Positions 1 to 9,328 of a stretch of 30,972 nucleotides of DNA are shown one piece after another. The position numbers were made by a program, and so were the translations under genes. Below the pieces are notes generated by a model. That model was not told the DNA's origin and made no database searches. It worked only from the letters and a program-made list of their open reading frames with translations. The DNA is from an uncultured Clostridium sp. (GTDB lineage Bacteria > Bacillota > Clostridia > TANB77 > CAG-508), in the NCBI GenBank assembly GCA_947572545.1, contig CANPCK010000008.1, forward strand, positions 1 to 30,972, in the 5' to 3' direction. The first letter of the stretch is position 1; every line of letters starts with the position of its first letter.

Positions 1-460
1 AAAATAAAATAATGTCAAGTTATTTTTAACTTAACATTATTATACTAGGATGGTGTGGTATGATTAGTATTGTTAAGAAGAAAAATAAGATTAAAAGAAA
101 ATTGCTCTCTAAAATTGAATGGGCTTGTAGTTTGAATGCTATAAAACTTGAACACGAAATGATATTTTAAGGTTGTTTAAGAATTGTAGAACATACAAAC
201 TTGGCGTATGTAGAACCACATAGAGTAATCATTAAAGATAAGTTATTTTTATTCTTTAATGAATGTGATTACTTTTATGTGGGAGATTTAAGGTATAAAT
301 ACCCTTTATCTCAATTAAAAGACTACATAGAAAGGCTACTTTAATTTTAGAGTTTTTTTGTGCTTAAAATTTATTTAAGTGGCTTTCCATTCAATAAGTG
401 AAAGGAGAGATTTAAAAAATGAATAATGAAAGAAGAATCTCAGGAATTTATATTAGAGTG

Positions 461-1490
461 TCATTGTAATACATAGGTAGACACGTTATCTTCTTCTCCA
501 TTTAGTTCTAGTTTTGTTATTGTAAAACCATATTTTCCAAAGTTAGTACCAATACTCAGTTTTCCATTTGGTAGGTTTTCATTGATTAGTTCCCCAGTTT
601 TTAAAATGAATTTAATCTTGTAAAAATCTTCTTCTCCATTTTCTAACTTTTCACCAATAATGATTTTATCAACTTCGGTATAGTGTTTACCTGTCTTTAA
701 ATCTCCTACATATTTTTTCATTTACAATAATTCTTCTAACAGAATCATGACCCAATTTTAAATTAGATGGACTAGGTATTCCTAGATTATTGAGATTAAG
801 TGCTATTCTTCTAAAACCTACACCTTTGGAATATTCTTCAAAAATATAAATAACAATATCTTTCTTATTCTCATCAGGCATTATGATGTCTTTTTCTTTA
901 TCGTATAAATAATCGAATGGAGCATACTTTCCTACTAATTCGCCACGTTTCATTTTCATACGAACACCTGCTTTTACATTTTCTAATATTGATTTACTTT
1001 CTGCTTGTGCAAAAGCACTATATAAGGTTAAAAATAATTCATTCGATAAAACTAAAGTGTGAATGTTTTCCTTTTCAAAATAAACATGTACATTATGTTC
1101 ACGAAGTAGTCTTACACAATTTAAAGTATCAACCGTATTACGAGCAAGTCTTGAAATAGACTTCGCTAAAGTCAAATCAATTTTACCATTTAGAGCATCA
1201 TTCACATCTGATTAAATTGTTCTCTCTTTTTAGTCTGTGTACCAGTTGTACCTTCATCAGCATATATTCCTACAAATTCCCAATTAGGATTTTCTTCAAT
1301 CATATTTTTTTATAATGGATTCGTTGTGAAGCATAACTCGTTTTCTGATCTTCATTATCAGTAGAAACTCTACAATAAGCACACGCATGAATGAGTTTAT
1401 ATTTTACATTTCCCTTTAAGCACAATGTTTTAGAAGTTGGTGCTATTACTTCAACTTTATTATTATTCATTTATTCCTTTCCATAATTGT
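461..1490 (-). pseudogene. decayed site-specific serine recombinase (TnpX/large resolvase-like) remnant
   Basis: ORF 687..1205 (-) encodes 'AKSISRLARNTVDTLNCVRLLREHNV...LFLTLYSAFAQAESKSILENVKAGVRMKMKRGE...', typical of large serine recombinases; ORF 461..721 (-) is the continuation 'KYVGDLKTGKHYTEV...'. Upstream fragments ('STDNEDQKTSYASQ', 'GIYADEGTTGTQTKKREQFNQM') lie in other frames. The lesions are homopolymer or other indels and stops, not CGG. Confidence 0.75.
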
Positions 1491-1659
1491 TGAATAAATA
1501 GCATATTTCAAATATTTTATTTACGCAAAACTATACTTTGAATTGTTTAATTTATTGTATTTTGCATATTTACTAATCTATTTAATTTTTTTATATCAAA
1601 TATTATCAAATTATTTATGTCTATGCTATAATTATATTAACATTAACAACCGTGGAGGT

Positions 1660-2715
1660 ATGAAAATGAAAAATAAAACAACTAAAATATTAACAATAAT
1701 ATCTGTCATTATAATAGGCATAGGAATAGTTTGTTGGTTTGGAACTAATTCGTTAATAAATGAAACAGATAATATAGCGCTTTTATTTAGTTTGTTTGGA
1801 GCAATAGCATTAAGACTATTAGTTGTAGTAATAACTGTTGGGATAATTGTTATTATGTGGCTAATATATGGAATAGCAGTTTTATGCAAACGAATTAAAA
1901 ATGATAATTTTAAATGGAAAAACTTAATTTTTGTTGGGAGTTCAATAGTCTTAGTTACTATAGTAGCAATTATTATGACTCATTTGTTAAATATAAATAA
2001 TGGCAGTTTTGCAAAAAGTAAATTTGATTACAATATTAAGTATCAAAATGGGGTGAACATATATAACATTTATAAAACAGGAAAAGAAATTGATATATAT
2101 GCTGATGAACAAGTAATTTGTATTACTGATCCTTGTCCAACAGTCAAATCTATTAGAAAAATCAGTTTTTCTGATGATAATATGGTGATAGTAAATAATT
2201 TTATTGATAGTTTCTTTGAACATTATGAATATAATTCAATTCAAATATTTAAAGAAAATTTGACTGTCGAGCAAAGTAATATTTTAGATAGCATTATTTA
2301 TAATGATGAAACACTATTAAAAAAAGAAATAGATATCTCATCTGATTACTATACAATTATTACAGATTCCAAATATTTGACTATGCAAAATGATGGTGGA
2401 AGTAATTTTAATGTTTATTATGAAGTAGATTTAAATAGTAATATTGTTAAAAAGTTTGAAGATCACTATATTGGTTTTAAAGGTTATGAGTATAAACAAA
2501 AGTTAATATATAAAAAAATTATCGATAATGATATAAGCACTGAAATGGGCAATTTATTGTTTAATTTATTATCTAATGAGGATGTTAATGATACTAACAA
2601 TTATAATCCTTATATAATAAAATTTGATATTAAAGATAAAAGTATTTATAATGAAAGTTCTATAAATTCCTTAAAAATTTTACTAAATAAAATAGATGAT
2701 ATTGGAAATAAATAA
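1660..2715 (+). CDS. hypothetical membrane protein with several N-terminal transmembrane segments
   Basis: Open frame with ATG after 'ggaggt'; hydrophobic N-terminal segments; no family recognised. Confidence 0.7.
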   Translation: MKMKNKTTKILTIISVIIIGIGIVCWFGTNSLINETDNIALLFSLFGAIALRLLVVVITVGIIVIMWLIYGIAVLCKRIKNDNFKWKNLIFVGSSIVLVTIVAIIMTHLLNINNGSFAKSKFDYNIKYQNGVNIYNIYKTGKEIDIYADEQVICITDPCPTVKSIRKISFSDDNMVIVNNFIDSFFEHYEYNSIQIFKENLTVEQSNILDSIIYNDETLLKKEIDISSDYYTIITDSKYLTMQNDGGSNFNVYYEVDLNSNIVKKFEDHYIGFKGYEYKQKLIYKKIIDNDISTEMGNLLFNLLSNEDVNDTNNYNPYIIKFDIKDKSIYNESSINSLKILLNKIDDIGNK

Positions 2716-2732
2716 TTAAAATTAGTTAAATG

Positions 2733-2770
2733 AAAAGTACAATCCAGTAAATTGGAATTTGTACTTTTTT
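2733..2770 (+). terminator. rho-independent terminator
   Basis: AAAAGTAC-AATCCA...TTGG-AATTTGTACTTTTTT hairpin plus T tract after the 2715 stop. Confidence 0.65.
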
Positions 2771-3048
2771 AACAATTATTATTTTAATTTGAAATATACT
2801 ATTTAAAGTCCTAATGATAAAGTTATATCTAGTTTATCATTTTTTGTACCCCAATATACTTCCTAACAAGCACTAAATTTTTCCTTCCTAGTCAAAATTC
2901 GAGATTTTGGCCTAAGTCCCAAGCCCTTTATAAAATAGTAAAATTAAGAAAGAAATCTATAAAATAATATAAGAAATAACATTGTAATTATGTCTCAAAT
3001 ACTATATAATATAAATATAATAAACGCATAAGATTGGAGAGAAATTTA

Positions 3049-3825
3049 ATGAATATTGAGCCAATTAATATTTTTGATTTTGATGGAACATTAACTACTG
3101 AAACATGGCCAAAGTTTTGGGTATGGAGCAAAAAATTTGGATACAGTGGTGAAAAAAGAAATGATGATTTAGAGAAAGCACTTGCCGAATATAGAAAGAC
3201 ACACGAAGGTAATTCACTTGAAACTTTTTTTGCTTTTTTCCATGATTTACTTGTTAATAATAATGAAACTCTTACATATGAAGAACTTATGGAAGGTGAA
3301 AAATATATTGAATATAATTCAGGTTTAAATGATTTTATTGAAAAATCTTTTGCTAAAAATTATATAGTTTCTGGAGGATTAAAAGAGTTTTTGAAGAACC
3401 TTAAAATAGCAAAATATTTTGATGGCATTTATGGTACGCCTGTAAAACATGATGAAAATGGTTTGATTTCTGGAATTGGTAAAGTAATGACAGATGATAA
3501 AAAAATATTAGCAATTAAAGATATATTAAAAAAGAATAACAGACAAGAAAATGATTGCCGTAATGTATATTATATAGGAGATGGCTATAGCGATGCAACA
3601 GCAATGAGATTTGTTCACAATAATGGTGGAAAGGCTATTTTTGTTCATCAGTCAAGCCAAGCTGATGAGTTCTATGATTATAATAATAAAATTTATCAAA
3701 CTCTAAACTCAGATGGAATGGTTGATTTTCGTTGTGTTGCAGATTATAGAACTGGCAGTATTCTTTCAAATATTTTACAAAGACAAAAAGAAAAAAGTGA
3801 AATGTTAGAAGATTTTATAAGATAG
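3049..3825 (+). CDS. HAD-superfamily phosphatase (HAD-IB-like)
   Basis: N-terminal motif 'INIFDFDGTLTTETW' and C-terminal 'VYYIGDGYSDATAMRFVHNNGGKAIFV'; no in-frame CGG. Confidence 0.8.
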   Translation: MNIEPINIFDFDGTLTTETWPKFWVWSKKFGYSGEKRNDDLEKALAEYRKTHEGNSLETFFAFFHDLLVNNNETLTYEELMEGEKYIEYNSGLNDFIEKSFAKNYIVSGGLKEFLKNLKIAKYFDGIYGTPVKHDENGLISGIGKVMTDDKKILAIKDILKKNNRQENDCRNVYYIGDGYSDATAMRFVHNNGGKAIFVHQSSQADEFYDYNNKIYQTLNSDGMVDFRCVADYRTGSILSNILQRQKEKSEMLEDFIR

Positions 3826-3834
3826 AAATGAAAG

Positions 3835-3870
3835 GCAACTAATAATTATTAACTAGTTGCATGCTTTTTT
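3835..3870 (+). terminator. rho-independent terminator
   Basis: GCAACTA...TAGTTGC stem (3835-3841/3854-3860) followed by a T-rich tract. Confidence 0.6.
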
Positions 3871-3998
3871 ATTTTATGTTATACTAATTTCAACAGTTGA
3901 TGAGTCAATTATTTTTTTGAGCAAAATGTGGGAATAACACCATGAAAAATAGGCATATTTTTCGCAAATAACCTCCTAAAACGCTCCAAAGAATTTGA

Positions 3999-4022
3999 CA
4001 CTACTACATGTAGTGTTTTTTT
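3999..4022 (+). terminator. hairpin plus T run upstream of tsaE (terminator or attenuator)
   Basis: CACTAC-TACAT-GTAGTG followed by TTTTTTT, about 20 nt upstream of the tsaE ATG. Confidence 0.55.
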
Positions 4023-4041
4023 TATTGAAAGGAAAATTATA

Positions 4042-4467
4042 ATGCAAAAATATATTTCTAAAAACGAAACTGATACAATAGCCTTTGCTAAAAATTTCGC
4101 AAAAAACCTCTCAAAAGACAATATTATTGTTTTAAGTGGAGATTTAGGCTCAGGTAAAACAAAATTCACTCAAGGAATTCTTGAATTTTTTGGACTTGAT
4201 AATGAAATCTCTAGCCCTACTTTTACTATTGTAAATGAATATAAAAATGAAAATATTTCTATATATCATTTTGATGTTTATAGATTAAATAATGAAGATG
4301 ATTTTTTGGATATTGGAGGAGATGAATATTTTGGAAATGGTATTTGTATTATCGAGTGGGGCGAAATTATAAAGCCTCTCCTCCCTCCTAACACTATTTG
4401 GATTGATTTTCGAAAAGACGAAAATGATGAAAATATTAGAATTATAAATATTCAAAAAGGAGAGTAA
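4042..4467 (+). CDS. tsaE: tRNA (adenosine(37)-N6)-threonylcarbamoyltransferase complex ATPase subunit
   Basis: Walker A 'LSGDLGSGKTKFTQGILEFFG', 'SPTFTIVNEYK', 'YHFDVYRL': TsaE family. Confidence 0.93.
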   Translation: MQKYISKNETDTIAFAKNFAKNLSKDNIIVLSGDLGSGKTKFTQGILEFFGLDNEISSPTFTIVNEYKNENISIYHFDVYRLNNEDDFLDIGGDEYFGNGICIIEWGEIIKPLLPPNTIWIDFRKDENDENIRIINIQKGE

Positions 4468-4469
4468 TT

Positions 4470-5163
4470 ATGAAAATACTTGCTATCGAAACTTCTTGTG
4501 ATATAGCTTCTGTATCAATCTTAGAAGATAATAACTTAATATTAGAACTTAAAGAAACTGCTACTAAAAATCATTCTGAAGCTTTAATGCCTTTAATTGA
4601 TAGAACTTTAAACGAAACCAATCTTTCTTTAGATGATATTGATTTATTTGCAGTAGATAATGGTCCTCGGTTCTTTTACAGGAATTAGAATTGGTCTTTC
4701 TACAATAAAGGCTTTTTGTGATGCAAAAGGTAAACCTTGTATATCTGTTTCTGCACTAGAAGCGCTGGCCTATACAGTGAATGAAGATACTTGCTATATA
4801 TGTTCTATGATTGATGCAAAACATTCTAATATCTATTATTCAATTTTTGAAAAAAATGGCAATACTTATACAAAAATTAACGATTTTAAATTTGATAATA
4901 TAGATAATTTATTGTTAGTTTTAGGTAGTTTGAAAAAAAAGATATTTTTTGCAGGAAATTGTGGAATACTTTATAAAGATGTGATAAAATCATATTTGAA
5001 AAATGATATTTTTTTCGAGGAAGATGCTTTTGTATCCTCTAAATATATAGGACTTGCTGCCTTTGATAAATTTAGCAATGGAGATGTTTTATCTTCAAAT
5101 ACATTAAATGCACTTTATCTAAAAAAGTCTAATGCTGAGGAAACTTTGGAGGCTAAATCTTAA
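4470..5163 (+). CDS. tsaB: tRNA threonylcarbamoyladenosine biosynthesis protein TsaB, requires +1 shift at CGG 4668-4670
   Basis: ORFs 4470..4688 ('MKILAIETSCDIASVSIL...FAVDNGP') and 4660..5163 ('GSFTGIRIGLSTIKAFC...') join as DNGP-G-SFTGIRIG when the C of CGG is skipped (CCT [C]GGT TCT). Confidence 0.93.
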
Positions 5164-5164
5164 T

Positions 5165-5594
5165 ATGAATATATTTTTAGAGAAAATGAAACTTAGTGAC
5201 TTGCCTACTATTGACTTAGAAGATTTTGATGATTTTTGGAATATCAATATTTTAAAGGAAGAACTTATGAGTAAATCTTCTTATTATATTATTGCTAAAT
5301 CTGAAAATGATATTATAGGTTTTGCAGGAGTTAAATTTATATTAGATGAAACTCATATAACAAATATTGTAACAAGAATTGATAAAAGAAATAATGGTAT
5401 TCGGTTCACTTCTTTTAGAGAATTTGATTAATAAAGCCAAAAATTCTTCTGTCTTGATTACTTTAGAGGTAAATGAAAAAAATTTTTCAGCCATACATCT
5501 TTATGAGAAATATGGTTTTGAAAAAGTTGGTTTAAGAAAAAAATATTATGATAATAAATTTGATGCATATATTATGACTAAATATTTTAATTAA
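5165..5594 (+). CDS. rimI: ribosomal-protein-alanine N-acetyltransferase (GNAT), requires +1 shift at CGG 5402-5404
   Basis: Join gives '...RIDKRNNGI-G-SLLLENLINKAKNSSVLITLEVNEKNFSAIHLYEKYGFEKVGLRKKYY', the GNAT/RimI core; adjacent to tsaB. Confidence 0.9.
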
Positions 5595-5643
5595 TTTTAC
5601 ATACGAGAAAAGCAAAATTATTTGTTTTAGAAAGGAACTTAAG

Positions 5644-8047
5644 ATGCAAAAGAAACATGAATTAAGTTATAAAAATTTAAAGGACTATTGTTCTATTTCA
5701 AAATTTAATTTTGAAACAACTGCTGAATTGGAAGCAACTGACAAAGGTATTGGCCAAGAAAGAGGAATTGTCGCTCTTGAATTTGGTTTAAATGTAGATG
5801 TAAATGGCTATAACCTTTATGTTGAAGGTCCAAGTGGTGTTGGTAAAACTATGTACACTAGAAATTATTTAAACAAAATTTCAAAAAAGAAAAAAGTACC
5901 TTGTGATTGGTGCTACCTATATAATTTTGATAATCCAAATGAGCCTATTGCTCTATCTCTTCCTGCTGGTCAAGGAATTGAATTTCAAGAAACTATGGAA
6001 AGTTTTATAAAAGATGTTAAAGCAGATATTAATAAAACTTTCAATAATGAAGATTTTGAAAAAGAAAAAGCTCTTATTAAACAAGAATATGAACAAAAAA
6101 GGAGTATTCTTTTAGAGAAATTAAATAAAGAATCTATGAAACATGGATTTGAAGTAAAACCTGCTCAAAACCGGTATATACATGATGCCAATTTATGAAG
6201 GTAGAACTTTACAGGAGGAAGAATTTAATAAACTTGATGATAGTATTAAAAGACAATATGAAGATAAATCTGGTATTGTTCAAGAGCAAATTATGAGTAC
6301 TATCTCTGAAATAAAATTAATAGAAAAACAATCTGAAAAGAAAATTCAAGAATGGCAATCTAATATTTCGCTTCTTACTGTCAATGTTCATATTAACTAT
6401 ATAAAGTCTAAATATAAGAGAAATAAAAAAATTTCTCAATTCTTAGATAATATTAAAAAGGACATAATGAAAAATGTCTCTCTATTTTTGGAGCCTAATT
6501 CTAACAACCAAGCTACTTCTCAGCCACAAATGCAACAAGGTCCTCATCGTGAGCCACCTAAACCTTGGTTAAATTATAGAGTTAATCTTTTTGTTGATAA
6601 TAGTAAACTTGAAGGTGCTCCAGTTATAATGGATTCTAACTATACTTTCCAAAATATTTTTGGAAAATTAGAATATGAAAATTATATGGGCAGTTTAAAA
6701 ACTGATTATACTATGCTAAAACCAGGTCTACTTCAAAAGGCTAATGGAGGATATATCATTTTCCAAGCAGAAGATTTACTTTCAAACCCTATTTGTTATG
6801 AAAATTTAAAAAGAGTTCTTCGTGTTAAAGAATTAGCTATTGATAATACTTTAGAACAAAGAGCTGCAATGGTTATGGTTTCTTTAAAACCTGAACCTAT
6901 TCCTCTTAATTTAAAGGTTATTTTAATTGGTAATGCTAATATTTATCATACTTTGTTAAATATGGATCCTGATTTTAGAAAATTATTTAAAATTAAAGTT
7001 GAGTTTGCTGATGATGCTCCAAGAACTGACGAAAATATATTAAAACTAGCAAGATTTATTCATTCTTTCTGTGAACAAGAAGGATTACCTCATCTAGATA
7101 AAACCGCTGTTGCAAGAATGATTGAATATGCTTCTCGCCTTGCTAATGATAAAACTAAATTATCTACTAGATTTAATGATTTATCTCAGATTGTTGCAGA
7201 AGCTGCAACTTGGGCTAGTATGGGTCATTCAAAGGTTGTAACAGAAAATTTTATTAATAAAGCTATTAATGAAAAAATTCAAAGAGTAAAAAAATATGAT
7301 GATAGATATTCTGAAATGATAAAAGATAATACTCTTTTAATAAATACAACTGGTGCTGAGGTTGGTCAAATAAATGGTTTAACTATTATGAGTGTTGGAG
7401 ATTATAGTTTTGGAAAACCTTCAAAAATTACTGTAAATACTTTTACTGGAAAATCTGGTATTATAAATATTGAGCGTGAAGTTGAACTTTCTGGTTCTTC
7501 TCATTCTAAGGGTGTACTTATTCTTAGTGGATATATTGGTGAATTATTTGCTCAGGATATTCCCCTTTCTCTTTCTGCAAGTATTTGTTTTGAGCAATTA
7601 TATAATGGAGTTGATGGAGATAGTGCTTCAAGTACAGAACTATATGCCCTACTTTCAAGCCTTTCTGAGGTTCCAATAAATCAAGCTATTGCTGTTACTG
7701 GTTCTGTTAATCAAAAAGGTGAAATTCAACCAATTGGTGGTGTAAATGAAAAAATAGAAGGATTTTATCAAGTTTGTAAAATGAGAGGTTTGGATGGAAG
7801 TCATGGAGTATTAATGCCTATACAAAATATCAAAAATCTAAATCTTAGTAATGAAATTGTTGAAGCTGTTAAGTCTGGATTATTCCATATATATGCTGTT
7901 TCAACAATTGAGGAAGGTATCGAAGTTTTAACAGGAGTTCCTGCAGGTAAAAAAGATAAGACTGGTAATTTCCCTGCTGGTTCTATTAATTATCTAGCTT
8001 ATGAAAAATTAAAAAAATATGCAAAAGTAAGTAAAAATTCTATATAA
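5644..8047 (+). CDS. Lon-family ATP-dependent protease, AAA+ (LonB/LonC-like), requires +1 shift at CGG 6172-6174
   Basis: ORF 5644..6198 has Walker A 'GPSGVGKT'; ORF 6182..8047 has 'GDSASSTELYALLSSLSEVPINQAIAVTGSVNQKGEIQPIGGVNEKIEGF' (Lon Ser/Lys protease). Join reads PAQN-[C]GG-IYMMPIYEGRTLQ. Confidence 0.93.
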
Positions 8048-8052
8048 GAAAA

Positions 8053-8290
8053 GTGGCTTCGCCACATGTGCATTTTGCTTCGCAAATATGCACAGACTAA
8101 GGAAACTTAACCTTGTTGTTTCAGAAAAATCTGTGATTTTTCCTACACAATAAGAAAATTGGACGTTAGCAAAATCAAAGATTTTGACGTCCACATGTGC
8201 AAAATCGCTTCGCGATTATTGCACTGCCCAAGGTAAATTAACCTTGTTATTTCGGAAATATACTAACTTTGTTAGTAATTTCCGAAGTAA
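8053..8290. repeat. two-copy tandem structured repeat block with hairpins
   Basis: Copy A (~8061-8157) 'CCACATGTGC..GCTTCGC..GCAC..AAGG.AA..TTAACCTTGTT.TTTC' and copy B (~8191-8290) with the same layout. Hairpin stems are preserved with different sequences (TTTGC-TTC-GCAAA versus AATCGC-TTC-GCGATT; GTGCAT/ATGCAC versus GTGCAA/TTGCAC), separated by GGACGT...ACGTCC. Confidence 0.7.
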
Positions 8291-8303
8291 TAAAAAAATT
8301 TAT

Positions 8304-8350
8304 AAAAGACTGCCGGGATTGGTAATATACACCAATCCCGGCAGTCTTTT
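8304..8350 (-). terminator. strong perfect-stem terminator hairpin downstream of the 74-aa ORF
   Basis: AAAAGACTGCCGGGATTGGT (8304-8323) / ACCAATCCCGGCAGTCTTTT (8331-8350): 20-bp perfect stem, 7-nt loop, T/A tracts at both ends. Confidence 0.85.
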
Positions 8351-8573
8351 ATCCCTTAATCGCCTCCTTCAGCAGGCTTTCCACCGCTTTTTCCACCTTG
8401 AGCTTCCCAGACATCTCCAGAAGGTCCATAGCCTCATGGAACTTCTGCCAGTCGATCAGCTGGGCGGCCTTAATCGCATTGTCGACCTTGTCCCGAAGGG
8501 GATTGTCGAACTTCCGCTTCAAGAGATGCCACCGTGTTGTTTCCTCGATACGATTAAAGAGATTCTTTGTCAT
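8349..8573 (-). CDS. small hypothetical protein in a GC-rich island, uses CGG as an in-phase codon three times
   Basis: RBS 'aaaggag' and a TATAAT-like -10 upstream; 74 aa amphipathic protein MTKNLFNRIEETTRWHLLKRKF...; base composition clearly higher GC than its surroundings. Confidence 0.6.
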   Translation of the reverse strand: MTKNLFNRIEETTRWHLLKRKFDNPLRDKVDNAIKAAQLIDWQKFHEAMDLLEMSGKLKVEKAVESLLKEAIKG

Positions 8574-8849
8574 AATCTGACACTCCTTTTTATTATTTGC
8601 AAAGCATTATTTAGCTCTACATATTAATTATAACACAAAAGATTACATAAAATCAAGTTATGGAAAATTTGTGTATGATTTTTTACTTATGGGGATTTCC
8701 TAAACTTTCAATATTTTTAGACATCTATTTATAATTTTATTAGATTTTCAAACATTTTTATATATTATCTTTCATTAAATTTCTCCTTTATACTAAACAA
8801 ACAGGGTATATAATAATATCCTGTTTGTTATATTTCTTTATTTTATTAA

Positions 8850-9257
8850 TTAGTCCATATTGCTTAAATTTTCTACTTGTTCTTTCCATTGTTCAACTGT
8901 TACATCATTTTCTTCCATTAGTTTCTTTCCTTCATCCATAAGTTGTTGTACAGTCTTATTATAGATGTTTTTATACATTATACTTTCATCTTGTGTTGAC
9001 ATATATTCTTCACTGAATCCATCTTTCATCATATAATACATACAAGCATATGCATAATAATAAACTTCATCTGCTTCTCCAAGTTGTTTTTCTAAGTTTT
9101 CAGTTACTTTTTCGTAATTCTCTGCTGTAATAACTTCTTCTCTGATCTTAGATCCTTTTCCATTACTTATTAAGAAAAATCCTCCTACTGCTAATATAAT
9201 TACTAGAACAACTGCAATTATAATGTAAATTATCTTTTTGCTTTTTCCTTCATTCAT
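8850..9257 (-). CDS. small membrane-anchored extracytoplasmic protein, hypothetical
   Basis: N-terminal 'KSKKIIYIIIAVVLVIILAVGGFFLI' TM anchor; RBS 'ggaggat' upstream. Confidence 0.7.
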   Translation of the reverse strand: MNEGKSKKIIYIIIAVVLVIILAVGGFFLISNGKGSKIREEVITAENYEKVTENLEKQLGEADEVYYYAYACMYYMMKDGFSEEYMSTQDESIMYKNIYNKTVQQLMDEGKKLMEENDVTVEQWKEQVENLSNMD

Positions 9258-9328
9258 GAAAATATCCTCCTTTTATTTTTAATATAAAGGTAGTATATTA
9301 CAAATAATTGCATAAGTCAACATTTTAT

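Noticed and set aside
1632-1889. Antisense or overlapping ORFs in the track (1632..1889, 1987..2223, 3909..4169, 7470..7679, 9570..9810, 10753..10995, 16032..16563, 22672..23091, 23673..24502, 28744..29010, 29617..29814, 29981..30917)
   Set aside because: They overlap well-supported genes on the other strand, have low-complexity hydrophobic or Ser-rich translations, and show no recognisable domains.
3999-4022. T-box riboswitch upstream of tsaE
   Set aside because: A terminator-like hairpin is present, but no recognisable T-box sequence or stem I specifier structure was found.
5379-5594. Downstream fragments as independent genes (for example 5379..5594, 12289..12546, 12399..12581, 20933..21160, 21165..21593)
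   Set aside because: They lack their own RBS and complete domains, and phase arithmetic connects each exactly to the upstream ORF after one skipped C.
8053-8290. CRISPR array
   Set aside because: Only two imperfect, structured repeat copies; no uniform spacers or short direct repeats, and no cas genes in the window.
8184-8627. ORF 8184..8627 on the + strand (147 aa)
   Set aside because: It overlaps the repeat block, the terminator hairpin and the antisense of the better supported 74-aa ORF; no domain recognised.
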